This document shows, one piece after another, positions 50,737 to 60,633 of a DNA stretch of 64,000 bases. The notes beneath the pieces are model-generated. The model saw only the letters and a program-made list of their open reading frames with translations, did no database searches and was not told the origin of the DNA. Numbering within the stretch: the stretch's first letter is position 1; every line of letters begins with the position of its first letter. Both the position numbers and the translations under genes were made by a program. The stretch comes from Paracoccaceae bacterium (GTDB lineage: Bacteria > Pseudomonadota > Alphaproteobacteria > JAPKNN01): NCBI GenBank assembly GCA_040266715.1, contig JAPKNN010000004.1, positions 2,191 to 66,190 on the forward strand, in the 5' to 3' direction.

Positions 50737-52233
50737 ATGCGTAAAATTGGGCACTTTGTTACGGGTATACATGTAGAAGGTAAAAGCGGACGTTTTGGTA
50801 ATATTTACAATCCTTCAACGGGAGAAAAGCTAGCAGAAGTTTCTATTGCAAATAGAGAAGAAGTGAACAATGCAGTAAGTCAAGCTAAGGAGCATCAGCA
50901 AGAGTGGGCCCAAATCAACCCGCAAAACCGAGCACGTGTCTTTACTGAATTTGTACGGCTAGTGAATAAGGAAAAAAAAGCGTTAGCAGAACTGCTATCA
51001 TCTGAACATGGGAAAATTGTTGCCGACTCACTGGGTGATATTCAACGCGGCATTGAAGTTATGGAATTCGTGTGTGGGGCTCCTCATTTATTAAAAGGTG
51101 AATTTAATAGTAATGTTGGTTCGGGTATAGATATGTATTCTTTGCGTCAACCTTTGGGTGTTGTGGCCGGTATTACGCCTTTCAATTTCCCTGCTATGAT
51201 TCCACTGTGGAAACTTGGTCCTGCCCTTGCTTGTGGCAATGCCTTTATACTGAAACCATCTGAAAAAGATCCCTCTGTTCCCATGCGTTTGGCGGAATTG
51301 ATGATTGAAGCAGGGCTGCCAAAAGGTGTTTTCAACGTTATAAATGGCGATAAAGAGGCTGTAGACGCATTGCTAGAACATCCCGATGTTTCGGCCATTG
51401 GTTTTGTAGGTTCCACACCAATCGCTCGCTATGTTTATAGCCAAGCTTGTGCCAATGGAAAACGTGCGCAATGTTTTGGTGGAGCCAAAAATCATATGGT
51501 TATCATGCCTGATGCCGATATTGAACAAGCAGCAAATGCCCTCATTGGGGCGGCCTATGGTTCTGCTGGGGAACGCTGTATGGCCATTTCTGTTGCTGTT
51601 CCAGTGGGTCAGAAAACTGCCGAAGCACTGCGTGAAAAACTTATACCTAAAATTGAAAAGCTGACTATCGGTACCGCAGTTGATGAAGCAGCTGATTACG
51701 GCCCCGTTATTTCAAAGGAACATCTTGAAAAAATACGTGGCTATATTGATATAGGGATTGAAGAAGGTGCTGACCTTATTGTTGATGGACGTGATTTTCG
51801 TTTAAATGGGTATGAAAATGGTTATTATATGGGTAGCTGTTTATTCGATAACGTCACTACGCGTATGCGTATCTATAAAGAAGAAATTTTTGGACCTGTC
51901 TTATGCATCACACGTGCTGATAATTATGAAGACGCCGTCAATATTGTCAATGGGTGTGATTTTGGCAATGGAACGTCTATCTATACACGTGACGGCGATA
52001 CAGCTCGTGATTTTTCGTCGCGGATTATGATTGGTATGGTTGGAATCAATGTTCCCATCCCAGTTCCGCTTGCCTATTATAGTTTTGGTGGATGGAAAGC
52101 ATCTTCTTTTGGGGATTTAAATCAACATGGTCCTGATTCTATACGTTTTTACTCACGTCTAAAAACGATTACATCGCGCTGGCCACACGGTAAAAAAGAG
52201 CAAGCCGCATTCACCCTTCCTGTTATGGATTAA
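50737..52233 (+). CDS. mmsA: CoA-acylating methylmalonate-semialdehyde dehydrogenase
   Basis: GITPFNFPAMIP, FVGST, GGAKNH, GSAGERCMAIS, EEIFGPV, GINVPIPVP. Confidence 0.94.
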   Translation: MRKIGHFVTGIHVEGKSGRFGNIYNPSTGEKLAEVSIANREEVNNAVSQAKEHQQEWAQINPQNRARVFTEFVRLVNKEKKALAELLSSEHGKIVADSLGDIQRGIEVMEFVCGAPHLLKGEFNSNVGSGIDMYSLRQPLGVVAGITPFNFPAMIPLWKLGPALACGNAFILKPSEKDPSVPMRLAELMIEAGLPKGVFNVINGDKEAVDALLEHPDVSAIGFVGSTPIARYVYSQACANGKRAQCFGGAKNHMVIMPDADIEQAANALIGAAYGSAGERCMAISVAVPVGQKTAEALREKLIPKIEKLTIGTAVDEAADYGPVISKEHLEKIRGYIDIGIEEGADLIVDGRDFRLNGYENGYYMGSCLFDNVTTRMRIYKEEIFGPVLCITRADNYEDAVNIVNGCDFGNGTSIYTRDGDTARDFSSRIMIGMVGINVPIPVPLAYYSFGGWKASSFGDLNQHGPDSIRFYSRLKTITSRWPHGKKEQAAFTLPVMD

Positions 52234-52334
52234 TGCAACTTATAATCACATAATCCGTTTTGTGAATATTGTGTTCTAGCGTTATATAATCACATATAAT
52301 CAAGGTGTGACATTGTGCTTATTTGTTATGAATG

Positions 52335-53036
52335 TTAACCCGAAAAACCCGCAATAAAACTATCTAATTGAGCCTTTTTTTGTGGATTATCTCTAACATA
52401 ACGATTAATTGCAAATACGGCACAGCTTTTCAATATTATTCCATTATGTGGTACTTTAAGATTATTTGCCTTTAATGTGGATCCTGTTGAGGTCAAGTCA
52501 CTTATCATCTCTGCTTGACCAAATCCTGGAGCGGCTTCCGTTGCTCCAACACTTTGTATAAGACGAAAATGCACAATATTATGATGTTGAAAAAATTTTT
52601 CCGTTAAAAGTGGAAATTTTGTAGCAACGCGCATTCTTCTATGATTTTTTTTATGAAATTGTTGTGTAATTTGTTCAATATCATCCATGTCATCAACGTC
52701 AATCCAATTTGCTGGCACGGCTAATACTAATTCGGCATTGCCAAAATTGGTTTCTAGAACAATCTCAACACATTTATTTTTAAATAGCGGATGCTCCTGG
52801 ATAAGATCTAGCCCTGTAATACCGATATCTATATGTCCACTATAAAGAGAGTGTGCAATTTCTTTTGCCGTCATAAAAGTGACTTTAATCTGGGGGAATG
52901 TACTAATTATACCACTATAACTCCGTTCCCCCTGTGGACGCAGAAGAGGCATGTTAGCCTGTTGAAAATAAAGTTCTATCTGCTCCAATAGGCGCCCCTT
53001 ACTTGGTACTGCTAAAGTGAGAACGGCTTCAGACAT
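52335..53036 (-). CDS. hisG: ATP phosphoribosyltransferase, short form
   Basis: AVPSKGRL, GITGLDL, RVATKF, GATEAAP, DLTSTGSTLKANNL; ATG at 53036. Confidence 0.93.
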   Translation of the reverse strand: MSEAVLTLAVPSKGRLLEQIELYFQQANMPLLRPQGERSYSGIISTFPQIKVTFMTAKEIAHSLYSGHIDIGITGLDLIQEHPLFKNKCVEIVLETNFGNAELVLAVPANWIDVDDMDDIEQITQQFHKKNHRRMRVATKFPLLTEKFFQHHNIVHFRLIQSVGATEAAPGFGQAEMISDLTSTGSTLKANNLKVPHNGIILKSCAVFAINRYVRDNPQKKAQLDSFIAGFSG

Positions 53037-53037
53037 A

Positions 53038-54180
53038 TTAACCCTTTCCCTGTTTCTCAGATAGCACAATGGGTAAATCTGCTAAAATGGCATCGCTAAA
53101 TAAAGAAAAACCACAAGCGGAAACATATTTCTTTGATTGCATGTAGAAAAGCAATGAATCGTAACGGCCACCTCTTGATAAACAATGGGGATTATTTCGA
53201 TAATATATTTCAAATGCAAACATATCGTAGTATTGGAATGTGGAAAGACTCTCTGCCTTAAAACATATATTATCTACCAGTAAATTATGCATTTTAAAGG
53301 CTTTTATATATTGATTTATAGAGGTCATAAAATTATCTAAATTAACGATATCTACATAGCGTTTTTGTATTTCTACTAAGGTTTCTATACAATCTATAAT
53401 GCCACTATCTAGAGCGGCAATCTCGTCCATAAAACGCCATATATCCTTAGCGATGGGTGTCACTGCAAAAAGTGCTTTTTCAGTTAGACGTTGACGTATA
53501 TCGTCAATCGTTCTACTTCCTGTAATGACAGTATCATTTTTCAATGAATGCAGTAATTTTTGTGCATAAGCAGCCGTCTCTTGATCATTACAATCATTCA
53601 ACTTTTCCTTCGTATCTTGGGGGATTGCTGCGTAACTACCATGTTTCTTAATCACATAATTGAGATGTCTTTTTGTTGCTTGAGAAACCATTAAACATTC
53701 TATCATATGTTGTAAAAAACTAATATCAACGATATGAATTGTTAAATCATTTTGCTGGAATCCTAGATAGCATAAAGCATTCAAAGCGGCTTTGATAAGA
53801 TCAGCTTCTTGATTGGCTATATCTTTTTCATGCGTATACATCTCAATACCATAGGCGTATTTTTCAACTAAATCTGTTCCTTCATCATGCGATCTGGTAA
53901 CTTGCTGAAATGTATTACCATGGTAAAAATAACGGGCTTGCGGTATATTGGATTGTATAAAATATTGACTCACGGGAATGGTAAAATCAGGCCGCAAACA
54001 CAGTGAGCGACCCCCATTATCTCTAAATCGTATCATATTACGAATGAACTGATTGCTCGCAAATTCTAAAAATAGTGATGCGGGTTGAATAACTGGTAGT
54101 TCAATTGTTTCAAATTGATTGTTTTTAACAAAATAATCGTTAAATTGTTGCGTTAAAAAATTTTTAGAAAAATTTTCCAT
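53038..54180 (-). CDS. hisZ: ATP phosphoribosyltransferase regulatory subunit
   Basis: CLRPDFTIPV, YY..F.FE, GGRYD; lies between hisS and hisG. Confidence 0.87.
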   Translation of the reverse strand: MENFSKNFLTQQFNDYFVKNNQFETIELPVIQPASLFLEFASNQFIRNMIRFRDNGGRSLCLRPDFTIPVSQYFIQSNIPQARYFYHGNTFQQVTRSHDEGTDLVEKYAYGIEMYTHEKDIANQEADLIKAALNALCYLGFQQNDLTIHIVDISFLQHMIECLMVSQATKRHLNYVIKKHGSYAAIPQDTKEKLNDCNDQETAAYAQKLLHSLKNDTVITGSRTIDDIRQRLTEKALFAVTPIAKDIWRFMDEIAALDSGIIDCIETLVEIQKRYVDIVNLDNFMTSINQYIKAFKMHNLLVDNICFKAESLSTFQYYDMFAFEIYYRNNPHCLSRGGRYDSLLFYMQSKKYVSACGFSLFSDAILADLPIVLSEKQGKG

Positions 54181-54203
54181 TTTTTTGACTAATTTATAAA
54201 ATT

Positions 54204-55709
54204 TTATTTTTTTATACGCTTAGACAAATAAGCAAGCACATCATTTTTCGGTATCTTAACCTGTGCCTCTTGGTTTTGACGCCATTGTGTATTATCGCTA
54301 ATCGATTGTGACACAATCCTACCTTTATCTAAATCTTTGATAGTTACTACATTTTGCTTTCTTTCGTCTTCCCCTTCTATAATAACAAATCGTGCTTGAC
54401 GTTTGTCGGCATATTTCATTTGAGCGCGCATACCACTTTCCCCCATATACACATCTGCGATTATGCCATCCTGACGTAATTCATCTGCTAATTTAAAATA
54501 TTCTGCCATAAAATCTTGTTCTAAAGCGAGTATGATAACAGGCGTTTGAACACTAAAATCATATTCCATATACTGTTTTAAGGCATGAAAAAGTCGTGTT
54601 ACGCCTATTGAAAACCCTACACCTGGGATAATATTTTTACTAAAACGAGAAACAAGACCGTCATACCTACCGCCTCCGCCCACTGCTCCAGAAACCCCTA
54701 CAATCTTATCAGTATCATTTTTCTGTGGCAATAACTCAGCTTCAAACACAGGACCAGTGTAATAATCCAAACCGCGTACAATACTCGTATCAAACTGAAC
54801 CTGCCAATCTGGAATGTGTAAGGCTGACAATAAATTATCAATCCTAAAAAATTCATGCCAAGCCTCCTCTCCCAGTGCATTTTTATGCGCTATATTCTCA
54901 AGTGCTTTGAGTGCGGATTTACGATCCTTTATGGTATTCGTTGTTGTAAGAAAATCTAAAACCATATCAATTTGAGAAGTATTTAGGTTGGCACCTTTAG
55001 TAAAATCTCCTGACTCATCCTTTCGTCCTTGTCCTAAAAGTTGTGTTACACCTGTTATGCCCAAGCGATCTAATTTATCGACTGCTCTTAAAATTGTTGT
55101 TTTTTGTGCTGTCAATTCTGCTCCTTTTTGCAAGGGAAAAAGTCGCATCAATAAAGAATCCATTAGTTTACGATTATTGACAGCGATGCGATATTGTTGA
55201 GAAGGAATACCTAATTTTTCCAACGCTCTAGCCGCTACAATAATAATCTCTGTATCGCTTGCCATAGAAGTGCTACCAATAATATCAATATCACATTGGC
55301 TAAATTCCCTTAGACGTCCTGGACCTGGTTTTTCATTACGCCAAACGGTTCCTGTTTGTTGTCTTTTAAAAGGCTTAGGCAAATTGTCATAATTTTCAGC
55401 TACATAGCGTGCCAGCGGTGCTGTTAAATCATAGCGCAAAGAAACCCATTGTTCTGCATCATCTTGAAAAGAAAAAACGCCATCATTGGGTCTATCATCA
55501 TCTGGTAAAAATTTTCCGAGAACGTCCGAATACTCTATAGAAGGTGTATACAAAGGTTCAAAACCATATAAACGGTAATGTGCCTGCAAACATTCCAACA
55601 TTGTCGATAAAACACTAATATCTTGCGCGTACACATCTTCAAACCCCCTTACTTTACGCGGTTTCATGATAGTGTGTGTGTTGTTTGGTTTGTTATTATG
55701 CGTGTTCAT
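54204..55709 (-). CDS. hisS: Histidine-tRNA ligase
   Basis: LRYDLTAPLARY, WRNEKPGPGR.REF, VRGLDYYTG, GGGGRYDGL. Confidence 0.96.
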   Translation of the reverse strand: MNTHNNKPNNTHTIMKPRKVRGFEDVYAQDISVLSTMLECLQAHYRLYGFEPLYTPSIEYSDVLGKFLPDDDRPNDGVFSFQDDAEQWVSLRYDLTAPLARYVAENYDNLPKPFKRQQTGTVWRNEKPGPGRLREFSQCDIDIIGSTSMASDTEIIIVAARALEKLGIPSQQYRIAVNNRKLMDSLLMRLFPLQKGAELTAQKTTILRAVDKLDRLGITGVTQLLGQGRKDESGDFTKGANLNTSQIDMVLDFLTTTNTIKDRKSALKALENIAHKNALGEEAWHEFFRIDNLLSALHIPDWQVQFDTSIVRGLDYYTGPVFEAELLPQKNDTDKIVGVSGAVGGGGRYDGLVSRFSKNIIPGVGFSIGVTRLFHALKQYMEYDFSVQTPVIILALEQDFMAEYFKLADELRQDGIIADVYMGESGMRAQMKYADKRQARFVIIEGEDERKQNVVTIKDLDKGRIVSQSISDNTQWRQNQEAQVKIPKNDVLAYLSKRIKK

Positions 55710-55896
55710 TCTGAAATAGTATATTTTATCTTCTTTAGAAGGGGGGTATCGTTTTTATATCAACACCTTTATTAATTATAGTCAATAAGATAGACTTTCC
55801 TTTGCTATATAATACACATCTTATCTCGTGGCAAATTTTATATAATATGCCTAGCAATACAATATAATAGCATGTCTGTCTCTATACACAAATGTA

Positions 55897-56505
55897 TTAA
55901 AATGATTGCCTTGAGGATAAGGCCGCCTGTAGAGTTCCTTCATCTAAATAATCTAACTCTCCTCCCATAGGGATACCGTGAGCAAGGCGGCTAATATGTG
56001 GTTTACATGGTGCCGACTCAAGTAAATTGTGCAAAAAATAAGCTGTTGTTTCACTATTCACAGTGGCATTGAGAGCTAAGATTACTTCATTTGGCTGCAT
56101 ACTATTAACCCGTTTTACTAAACCATCAATGTTCAATTTTTCAGGCCCCACATCATCAAAGCTATTCAAATGTCCACCCAGCACATGATACATACCTGCA
56201 AAACACCCCGCCCTTTCAATTGCCCATAAATCTGTTATATCTTCAACAATCATAAGCATTTTAGTTTGCCATCTTTTCTCATCTTGACATAAAACACAAG
56301 GTGAAACGACGTCCATATTTCCACATTCACCACAGATCACAATATCTTCATAAACCTCTTGCAGTGTCTTAGCCAATGGTTGCATAATTTCTTGCTTGTA
56401 TTTCACCATATGTAAAAATACACGCCGTGCAGAACGTGGCCCTAATCCTGGCAAGCGTCTTAATAATTGCGTAAGACGATCAATAGATGAGCCTTTGTTA
56501 AGCAT
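55897..56505 (-). CDS. recR: Recombination mediator RecR
   Basis: LPGLGPRSARR, C4 zinc finger, YHVLGG, GGELDYLDEGTL. Confidence 0.96.
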   Translation of the reverse strand: MLNKGSSIDRLTQLLRRLPGLGPRSARRVFLHMVKYKQEIMQPLAKTLQEVYEDIVICGECGNMDVVSPCVLCQDEKRWQTKMLMIVEDITDLWAIERAGCFAGMYHVLGGHLNSFDDVGPEKLNIDGLVKRVNSMQPNEVILALNATVNSETTAYFLHNLLESAPCKPHISRLAHGIPMGGELDYLDEGTLQAALSSRQSF

Positions 56506-56561
56506 AGTTATTGTCCCTGTTTCTTAATTTATGATGACGATACAATTTTATACTATATCCT

Positions 56562-56855
56562 CTATACTATATCCTTGGGAAAGTTAAATCCGCCTGTGAG
56601 GTTTTTCATCTGTTCTTGCATAGCGGCATCAAGTTCTTTTTTTGCCTGCGCATGTGCGGCTACAATAAGATCCTCAATAATATCTTTTTCGTGTTTTTCA
56701 AATAAACTCGTGTCAATATTTATATTGATTAATGCGCCTTTACCATTCAAGGTAACTGTGACGGCTTCTGCTCCTGCAGATCCCTTGATTGTAATATTTT
56801 CAAATTCTTTTTGTAGTTCCTGTGCTTGTTGCATCATTTTGTTCATATTAAACAT
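56562..56855 (-). CDS. ybaB: YbaB/EbfC nucleoid-associated protein
   Basis: MMQQAQELQ, G.AG...V.V, EDLIVAA; dnaX-ybaB-recR order. Confidence 0.92.
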   Translation of the reverse strand: MFNMNKMMQQAQELQKEFENITIKGSAGAEAVTVTLNGKGALININIDTSLFEKHEKDIIEDLIVAAHAQAKKELDAAMQEQMKNLTGGFNFPKDIV

Positions 56856-56914
56856 GGTTTTTTCCTTGCTGTGTCTGGTGTTCCAATATATGGCGATATC
56901 CTATCTTTGTAAAA

Positions 56915-58615
56915 TTATTCTAAGCTACCCACATCGACTATTTCACTGTTAGGGAAATAATGTTTGAATTGTATCATTTCTTCTGATTCTTGCACTGCCT
57001 TTATACGTAGCTTTTTATCTTCCTCTTTTTGTTGGTAAATTGTTGCCTGTCCTGGTGCCGTATCGTGTATAATTTGCCATGCCTGATTTGTTATATGAGA
57101 TAATTTATTCTGTATTATCTGTATAATAGAGGGATCAGCATGGGAAGCTAGACGAAGCGTTATTGTGCCCTGTGTATATTCTATAATATGAATATCTTTT
57201 TCTAATATAAGTTTCGTTTTTATTTCTTTTTTAGATTCTAAATATGCTAATAAATCTTCAAAACGAATTAAACTGGGTAAATCTATTTGTGCATATCCTT
57301 CGTTCGATTGGGAAGCATCATTATGTAATTCTTCTAGCGGTGTGGGAAATGTTTCTCCCTGTTGTATATTTTTTTCTTCTTCTTGCGTATAGGGTTGTTG
57401 ATACACCTGTTCTGTTATGGATTCGGCTATGGGTTCGGCTTGCTTTTCCTCGACCGTATCTGGCTTATTTAATTCTGCTTGAAGATACTTATTAATGTCA
57501 TCTGGCGGTGGTAAGACAGACAAGCAGCACAGGCGAATAATGAGCATTTCGGCGCTGGCTAAATGGGCATGTGAGAATGGAATTTCTTGTAACCCTTGCA
57601 TAAGACATTGCCAGAATCTATCCAACTGTCCCAAAGTTAATTGTGATGCGTTATCGGCTATTTTTTGTAGGATTTGTTCTGTAAGACGATATGTCGGTAT
57701 AGTATCCTTCGCCATTTTATAACGACAAATCTCATGACAAAAATTAGCTAAATCTTGTAATATACGAAGAGGTTCTGCTCCATTTTTGTAGAATTGTTGA
57801 AATAAAGCCAGTGCTTCTTGTGCTTGTCCTACCATGATTTTTTCGAATATTAGCACTATATCATTGTTATGTGTAAGACCAAAAATATTGTGTAATACTT
57901 CCATTGTTACCTGTGTGTCATTATAGGCAATCGCTGTGTCTAGTATTGATAAGGCATCGCGCATTGATCCTTCTGAAAATTGTGCAATCATATAAAGGGC
58001 TTCGTTTTGCGCTTCAATTTTTTCCAGTTTTAAAATAGATTGCAAATTGTGAACAATATCCTCGGCATCTAATCGTCTTAAAGCAAAATGTTGACAACGG
58101 GATAAAATTGTAATGGGAAGTTTTCTTATTTCTGTTGTCGCAAAAATAAATTTTACAAAAGCAGGTGGTTCTTCCAAAATTTTCAACAACGCATTAAAAG
58201 CCTGCGTCGATAGCATGTGAACTTCATCTATAATATAGACTCTGTATCGCGCAGCCATCGGACGATACTGACATTGCTCTATAAGATTACGTACATCATC
58301 TACACCGTTATGAGAGGCGGCATCTATTTCTGTAACATCGGGATGTTGTCCATCAATAATCGCTTGGCAATGCTTACCCTTTTCCTGAAAATCTAAACAG
58401 GGGGATTGTATTTTATCACTCTCATAATTTAATGCCCGCGCTAACAAACGCGCTGTCGACGTTTTTCCTACACCCCTAATGCCCGATAACATGAAAGCAT
58501 GGGCAATGCGATCTAATTTGAAGGCATTTGTAAGTGTCCGAACCAAAGCATCTTGCCCAACAAGAGCATCAAATCCTTGCGGACGATATTTGCGCGCTAA
58601 AACCTGATACGTCAT
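56915..58615 (-). CDS. dnaX: DNA polymerase III subunit gamma/tau
   Basis: YQVLARKYRP, GIRGVGKT, IDEVHMLS..AFNALLK.LEEPP, TILSRCQ. Confidence 0.97.
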   Translation of the reverse strand: MTYQVLARKYRPQGFDALVGQDALVRTLTNAFKLDRIAHAFMLSGIRGVGKTSTARLLARALNYESDKIQSPCLDFQEKGKHCQAIIDGQHPDVTEIDAASHNGVDDVRNLIEQCQYRPMAARYRVYIIDEVHMLSTQAFNALLKILEEPPAFVKFIFATTEIRKLPITILSRCQHFALRRLDAEDIVHNLQSILKLEKIEAQNEALYMIAQFSEGSMRDALSILDTAIAYNDTQVTMEVLHNIFGLTHNNDIVLIFEKIMVGQAQEALALFQQFYKNGAEPLRILQDLANFCHEICRYKMAKDTIPTYRLTEQILQKIADNASQLTLGQLDRFWQCLMQGLQEIPFSHAHLASAEMLIIRLCCLSVLPPPDDINKYLQAELNKPDTVEEKQAEPIAESITEQVYQQPYTQEEEKNIQQGETFPTPLEELHNDASQSNEGYAQIDLPSLIRFEDLLAYLESKKEIKTKLILEKDIHIIEYTQGTITLRLASHADPSIIQIIQNKLSHITNQAWQIIHDTAPGQATIYQQKEEDKKLRIKAVQESEEMIQFKHYFPNSEIVDVGSLE

Positions 58616-58758
58616 ATTTTTATCCGCATTATGAATTGAAAAACTCTACGAGCATCCATGAAGACATTCAGAATTGATTACAGCATATTATACGCTTTTC
58701 ACATCTACAGACCATTTGTCTAACACAAATGCTTACTGTATTGATAACATAAAAAACA

Positions 58759-58855
58759 TGAGGAGAAGTTACAATTAACCTACGAAAGAAATACTTGGGC
58801 TGCTTTTTTTCAAATCTGACCCGCTGAGCATAAGACGTACCTAATGCAACTCCTC
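58759..58855 (-). ncRNA. ffs: Signal recognition particle RNA (4.5S), AU-rich variant
   Basis: Minus-strand core GGGTCAG-A-TTT-GAAA-AAA-AGCAGCCC aligns to the consensus GGGTCAG-G-TCC-GGAA-GGA-AGCAGCCC; terminal helix GAGGAGTTGCA/TGTAACTTCTC; usual alphaproteobacterial position upstream of dnaX. Confidence 0.85.
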
Positions 58856-58912
58856 AATTTCTATTCTTACTAAGAGAAACGCAAACTATCAAGTAAAAAT
58901 ATATTTTTACTG

Positions 58913-59857
58913 CTAGTTATGTTCTAAAAAAGAATATTGTTTGCTTTTTTGATCATATGCAATCTGCTGTTCTAGGCACAGTTTTTGTAAATGTGCTAAT
59001 ATTGTCAATGTCGCTGCCGTTTCAAGTTTTTTAGGCAAGCCTTTATACATTTTATGAAACAATTCCTGTAGGGTTGAATTTTTTTCACCCTGCATAATCG
59101 TTAGAATCTGTCTTTCTCTTTTTTCACGGTGATCCATCAGTTTTTTACAATAACCGTAAGGATCAAATATAGGGGGGCCATGTGCAGGATGCAGCACATC
59201 AATATCTTTATATGCATATATTTTCTTCAATGAACACATATAATCATACATATTTCCATCGGGCGGAGCAACCAGTGTTGAAGAATTCGCCATTATCAAA
59301 TCACCACAAAGAATAGCCTTATATTGCGGCAATGCAAAGGCAAGGTGATTGCACAAATGGCCCGGAGTATGAAGGACATTAATAACAAATGAGCCTAAGA
59401 CTAATCTTTGTCCATCTTTCAGATAATAATCGGGGTTAAAATTATAGTCACCACTATTGCGAAAGGCCGAATTGGGGTCATAAGAAGGATGTTTTGCAAA
59501 TCCATATACAGATGTGTGCGGATATAGCGGCAATAATATCTGTGTTAAAGGAGAATGGTCAATATGCGTATGCGTTACGAGAATATGCGTCAATGGATGT
59601 TTTTTAAAAAAATCCTTTAAAGCAACTAAATGACTATCTAAGATGGGACCTGGATCTATAAGAATACAATGGGATTCATCAACAAGACAAAAACTATTCG
59701 TCCCTGTTTGGGTAAATGATGTAATATTTGCAGCCGTAATACGATATAATTGCGGGGCTATTAATTCAGCTTTTCCATAATCTGGTGTGAAATATCTGTT
59801 GTCATGCGTATGCAAGCCTTGATATTGAACAATTTTGTTAGACATGCTGTCCGCCAT
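58913..59857 (-). CDS. MBL-fold metallo-hydrolase (start may be 59845)
   Basis: THTHIDHS, HTPGH..NH, GD, PAHG and C-terminal wHTH-like AHL motifs. Confidence 0.87.
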   Translation of the reverse strand: MADSMSNKIVQYQGLHTHDNRYFTPDYGKAELIAPQLYRITAANITSFTQTGTNSFCLVDESHCILIDPGPILDSHLVALKDFFKKHPLTHILVTHTHIDHSPLTQILLPLYPHTSVYGFAKHPSYDPNSAFRNSGDYNFNPDYYLKDGQRLVLGSFVINVLHTPGHLCNHLAFALPQYKAILCGDLIMANSSTLVAPPDGNMYDYMCSLKKIYAYKDIDVLHPAHGPPIFDPYGYCKKLMDHREKRERQILTIMQGEKNSTLQELFHKMYKGLPKKLETAATLTILAHLQKLCLEQQIAYDQKSKQYSFLEHN

Positions 59858-60581
59858 TAATCATTATTTCGGCCCCATGTATATAGCTCGAATCATCCGC
59901 ACATAGGAAAAAAATTGTGTGTGCAACTTCCTGCACTTCTCCCAGCCGACGCATGGGTATATGTTGGATAATATTGTGTGTTCCTGGCGATAAAATAGAC
60001 GTATTGATTTCACCAGGTGCAATCGCATTAACCCGTATACCTTTGGGACCCAAATCTGCTGCCATTTCACGTGACAAAGTTGCAAGTGCCGCTTTTGATG
60101 TAGCATAGGCACTACCTGCAAAAGGATGGACGCGATTACCCGCAATGGAAGTAACATTGACAATACTTCCTTTGGCTCTTTCTAACTCTTTTAATAAACC
60201 ACGTGTAAGCATGATAACAGCAAAAAAATTAACCTGAAACACTATATCCCAATCTGTACATTCGGTATCAACACTGTTATAGCGTTGTCCTGCTTCGTTT
60301 TTAGGGGATATGGCCGCATTGTTAACAAGGGCGTGAAGTTTATTATGAGGTAATTTTTCTTTAATAATGGAAATTTTTTCTTCTATGTCGGAGCGACTTG
60401 CTAAATCTATTTTAATATGATTATCCTTACCACCTGGCCATGGACATTCTGATGAGAAATCATGACGGGAACAGGTTAATACCCGCCAACCCGCTTCAGA
60501 AAATCGTTTGACAGTGGCATGACCTATCCCTCTACTTGCTCCTGTCAAAAGCAATGTTTTTTCTTCCTTTTCTACACCCAT
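59838..60581 (-). CDS. FixR-like SDR oxidoreductase
   Basis: TGASRGIG, CPW, LVNNAAISPK, SIAG.RVHPFAGSAYATSKAAL and INGGQH, which closely match my recollection of Bradyrhizobium FixR. Confidence 0.82.
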   Translation of the reverse strand: MGVEKEEKTLLLTGASRGIGHATVKRFSEAGWRVLTCSRHDFSSECPWPGGKDNHIKIDLASRSDIEEKISIIKEKLPHNKLHALVNNAAISPKNEAGQRYNSVDTECTDWDIVFQVNFFAVIMLTRGLLKELERAKGSIVNVTSIAGNRVHPFAGSAYATSKAALATLSREMAADLGPKGIRVNAIAPGEINTSILSPGTHNIIQHIPMRRLGEVQEVAHTIFFLCADDSSYIHGAEIMINGGQHV

Positions 60582-60633
60582 CTTACCTACCCTTTTCTTT
60601 TCATAGATTTCTACTTTGTCACCCTTTTAAAGA

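Noticed and set aside
57368-57374. A-AAA-AAT slippery heptamer in dnaX near codon 414, similar in position to the E. coli gamma frameshift
   Set aside because: Ends in AAT rather than the shift-prone AAG, the downstream hairpin is weak, the -1 stop is about 15 codons away, and A7 runs are common in this genome
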